Source: Owenia fusiformis (taxonomy: Eukaryota). Taken from it: 64,000 bases of DNA. The notes under the pieces are model-generated. The model did no database searches. It was not told where the DNA came from and was given only the letters and a program-made list of their open reading frames with translations. Of this stretch, positions 62,401-64,000 are shown piece after piece; position 1 is the stretch's first letter; every line of letters starts with the position of its first letter. Both the position numbers and the translations under genes were made by a program. Where the stretch lies: positions 43,834,001 to 43,898,000 of the forward strand of contig CAIIXF020000001.1 in assembly GCA_903813345.2 (NCBI GenBank), read 5' to 3'.

Positions 62401-64000
62401 GACTTGTCTACAGGTTTTCAGCCAAACCATTTGAGGGATTCATCTGTAATTTTCAGGGATGTTTCTACATATCAACGTCAAGAACTTTTTAGTTTTTGGG
62501 CATTCTGGGTAAATTTTAAGGTGACCATTTTGGATTTTCCGTCCTAAAATCTTTACTTTCAAGACTTGTCTACAGGTTTCCAGCCAAATCTTTTGAGGGA
62601 TTCATCTGAAATTTTCAGGGATGTTTCTACATATCAACGTCAAGAACTGATTAGTTTTTGGGCATTCTGGGTAAATTTTAAGGTGGCCATTTTGGATTTT
62701 CTGTCCTAAAATCTTCACTTTCAAGACTTGTCTACAGATTTTCAGCCAAACCGTTCAAATTTTTTACATATGTTACACAGTGATAAGTTCTAGAGCTGAA
62801 TAACTTTTATGCGGCCATCTTGCTTTCTTGGTCAACAAGACCACAATGCTGTGTTTTAGGTACGATATTGTTCACGTCTGTGCCTTGTTGTATGAGTGAA
62901 AAGAATTCTGGAAAATACCAACATTTCTACTGTTTTTATGTATAAATAGATACAATTTAACACATTAGCACTATGAAATGTTTTTTTCCTATTTTTGTAG
63001 GGAGTACAACTAAATGGCACACAGAGAAAACAGATCAGACCAAGGTGAAACCAAGCAGACCTGCCCCTAATATACCATCTAACACTCCCACTGTACCAAC
63101 ATCTTCCCATAAAGAGTCCTCAACTTGGGATCCTTTTGATTCATCTGACTACAAATCTGACCATTTTGGCATGGACTCATTCAAACCTAATAATGAGAAC
63201 AACATATCTAAACATTATCCATTTGGCCAACCATCAAAATCTGATCCATTCGGTCAACCATCAAATTCTGATCCATTTGCCCAGTCATCAAAATCTGATC
63301 CATTTGCCCAGTCATCAAAATCTGATCCATTTGAACAGTCATTACAATCTGATCCATTTTGTCAACCATCAAAATCTGATCCATTTGCCCAGTCATCAAA
63401 ATCTGATCCATTTGGTCAAGCATCAAAATCTGATTCATTTGCCCAGTCATCAAAATCTGATCGACTTGGTCAACCATTAATATCTGATCCATTTGAACAG
63501 TCACTAAAATCTGATCCATTTGAAGAGTCATTAAAATCATCAAAGTTTGACCCATTTGAACAAATGTCAACAAGAGTGACCTCTGTTGATAACAAAAAGT
63601 CTAAAGATCCATTTTTGGATTTATCTGGCCTTCCCTCAGACAAGCAAGGAACTGGCAGCAAAGGGGTGAATACAAATCTGCCCAGCAACTTGCTGACTCC
63701 CGCGAATCAGCATCAAAATATAGGAAGACACTCAACCAATGAAACATGTTCAACTAAACAAGATCCATTTGGTTCCCTTATGAATACAACAGCTGACCCA
63801 TTAAACTTTTCAAACAAATCAGATCCATTTGGATCTGTTGCTTCGGACACATTTCAACCCTTTGCTGCAAAATCAGCTGATCCTTTTAGTTCTAAGCCAA
63901 TGCAAGTAAGGCCTTCAAGTGTTCAAATGAATTTTGCAAATAGGCTACCAGGTTCTTTCAGTTCGAATACGGCATCATTTGGGAACACACATTTACATTC
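56488..64000 (+). CDS. PLEKHJ1: PLEKHJ1-like PH-domain protein with a long DPF-repeat C-terminal extension (3' end outside the window)
   Basis: Phase-consistent GT-AG exons 56488-56578, 58574-58659, 59159-59237, 59424-59517, 61134-61197, 61453-61597 and 63001->64000. Translation MRFNEKDI...QKWVRLQGNMLFYY...FVLERY...FSL...PERKHIF...CQEWVECIKKASMEHL...ITGKDPL matches the recalled PLEKHJ1 pattern (MRYNEKEL...CQEWMEALRRASYE...VTGKDPL). The last exon is open to the window end. Confidence 0.88.
57450..58330 (-). pseudogene. Decayed non-LTR retrotransposon (LINE) reverse transcriptase fragment in PLEKHJ1 intron 1
   Basis: ORF 57831-58325 contains the RT motifs GVKQGCILSPTLFSIVM and LLFADDIVL, then loses similarity (frameshifted). 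Confidence 0.8.
60017..60868 (+). mobile_element. HINE family B, copy 1 (interrupted by a MITE)
   Basis: Start hairpin tatcgtaccta...aggtacgata, ~150-bp central units, end ggtcaacaag...tacgatattgttcac. Confidence 0.7.
60239..60445. mobile_element. Small MITE inserted in HINE family B copy 1
   Basis: TIR ggcccgtagcca / tggctacgggcc with internal G and C runs. Confidence 0.65.
61837..62890 (+). mobile_element. HINE family B, copy 2, carrying five highly similar 162-bp tandem units
   Basis: Same termini as 60017 plus a (GGCG)n tract. The tctacag unit anchor recurs at 61921, 62083, 62245, 62407, 62569 and 62731 (period 162). Confidence 0.8.
63225..63525 (+). repeat. Coding 27-bp tandem repeat (9-aa unit, approximately SDPFAQSSK)
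   Basis: About 11 copies of tctgatccatttgcccagtcatcaaaa variants, in frame within the last PLEKHJ1 exon. Confidence 0.9.

Noticed and set aside
63136..63688. ORFs 63136-63480 (+), 63208-63573 (-) and 63470-63688 (-) with 9-aa repeats
   Set aside because: They are shadow frames of the 27-bp repeat. The splice phase selects the stop-free DPF frame.

Overview
AT-rich, intron-rich animal genomic DNA, most likely a lophotrochozoan such as a bivalve mollusc (inferred from the repeat families and an NKY-like peptide; the taxon is not proven). I reconstructed gene models by hand from splice sites and translation. In order they are: a TGIF homeobox coding exon (+); HADHB (-, 12 coding exons) head-to-head with HADHA (+, 20 coding exons), with only 246 bp between the start codons; SF3B4 (-, 10 coding exons); and, divergent from it, a PLEKHJ1-like PH-domain gene (+) that runs off the window. 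The most notable observations are: (1) a compact single-exon neuropeptide-precursor gene nested antisense in HADHA intron 13, with a signal peptide, furin sites and a predicted 37-aa pyroGlu...RY-amide NKY-like peptide; (2) PLEKHJ1 extended by a long tail with about 15 DPF motifs; (3) a 3.4-kb foldback element inserted between the SF3B4/PLEKHJ1 promoter region and the PLEKHJ1 ATG; (4) a probable GC-AG intron in SF3B4. Introns carry many MITEs, Helentron-type (HINE) elements with internal tandem repeats, and decayed Tc1 and LINE fragments. No rRNA, tRNA or CRISPR array was seen.
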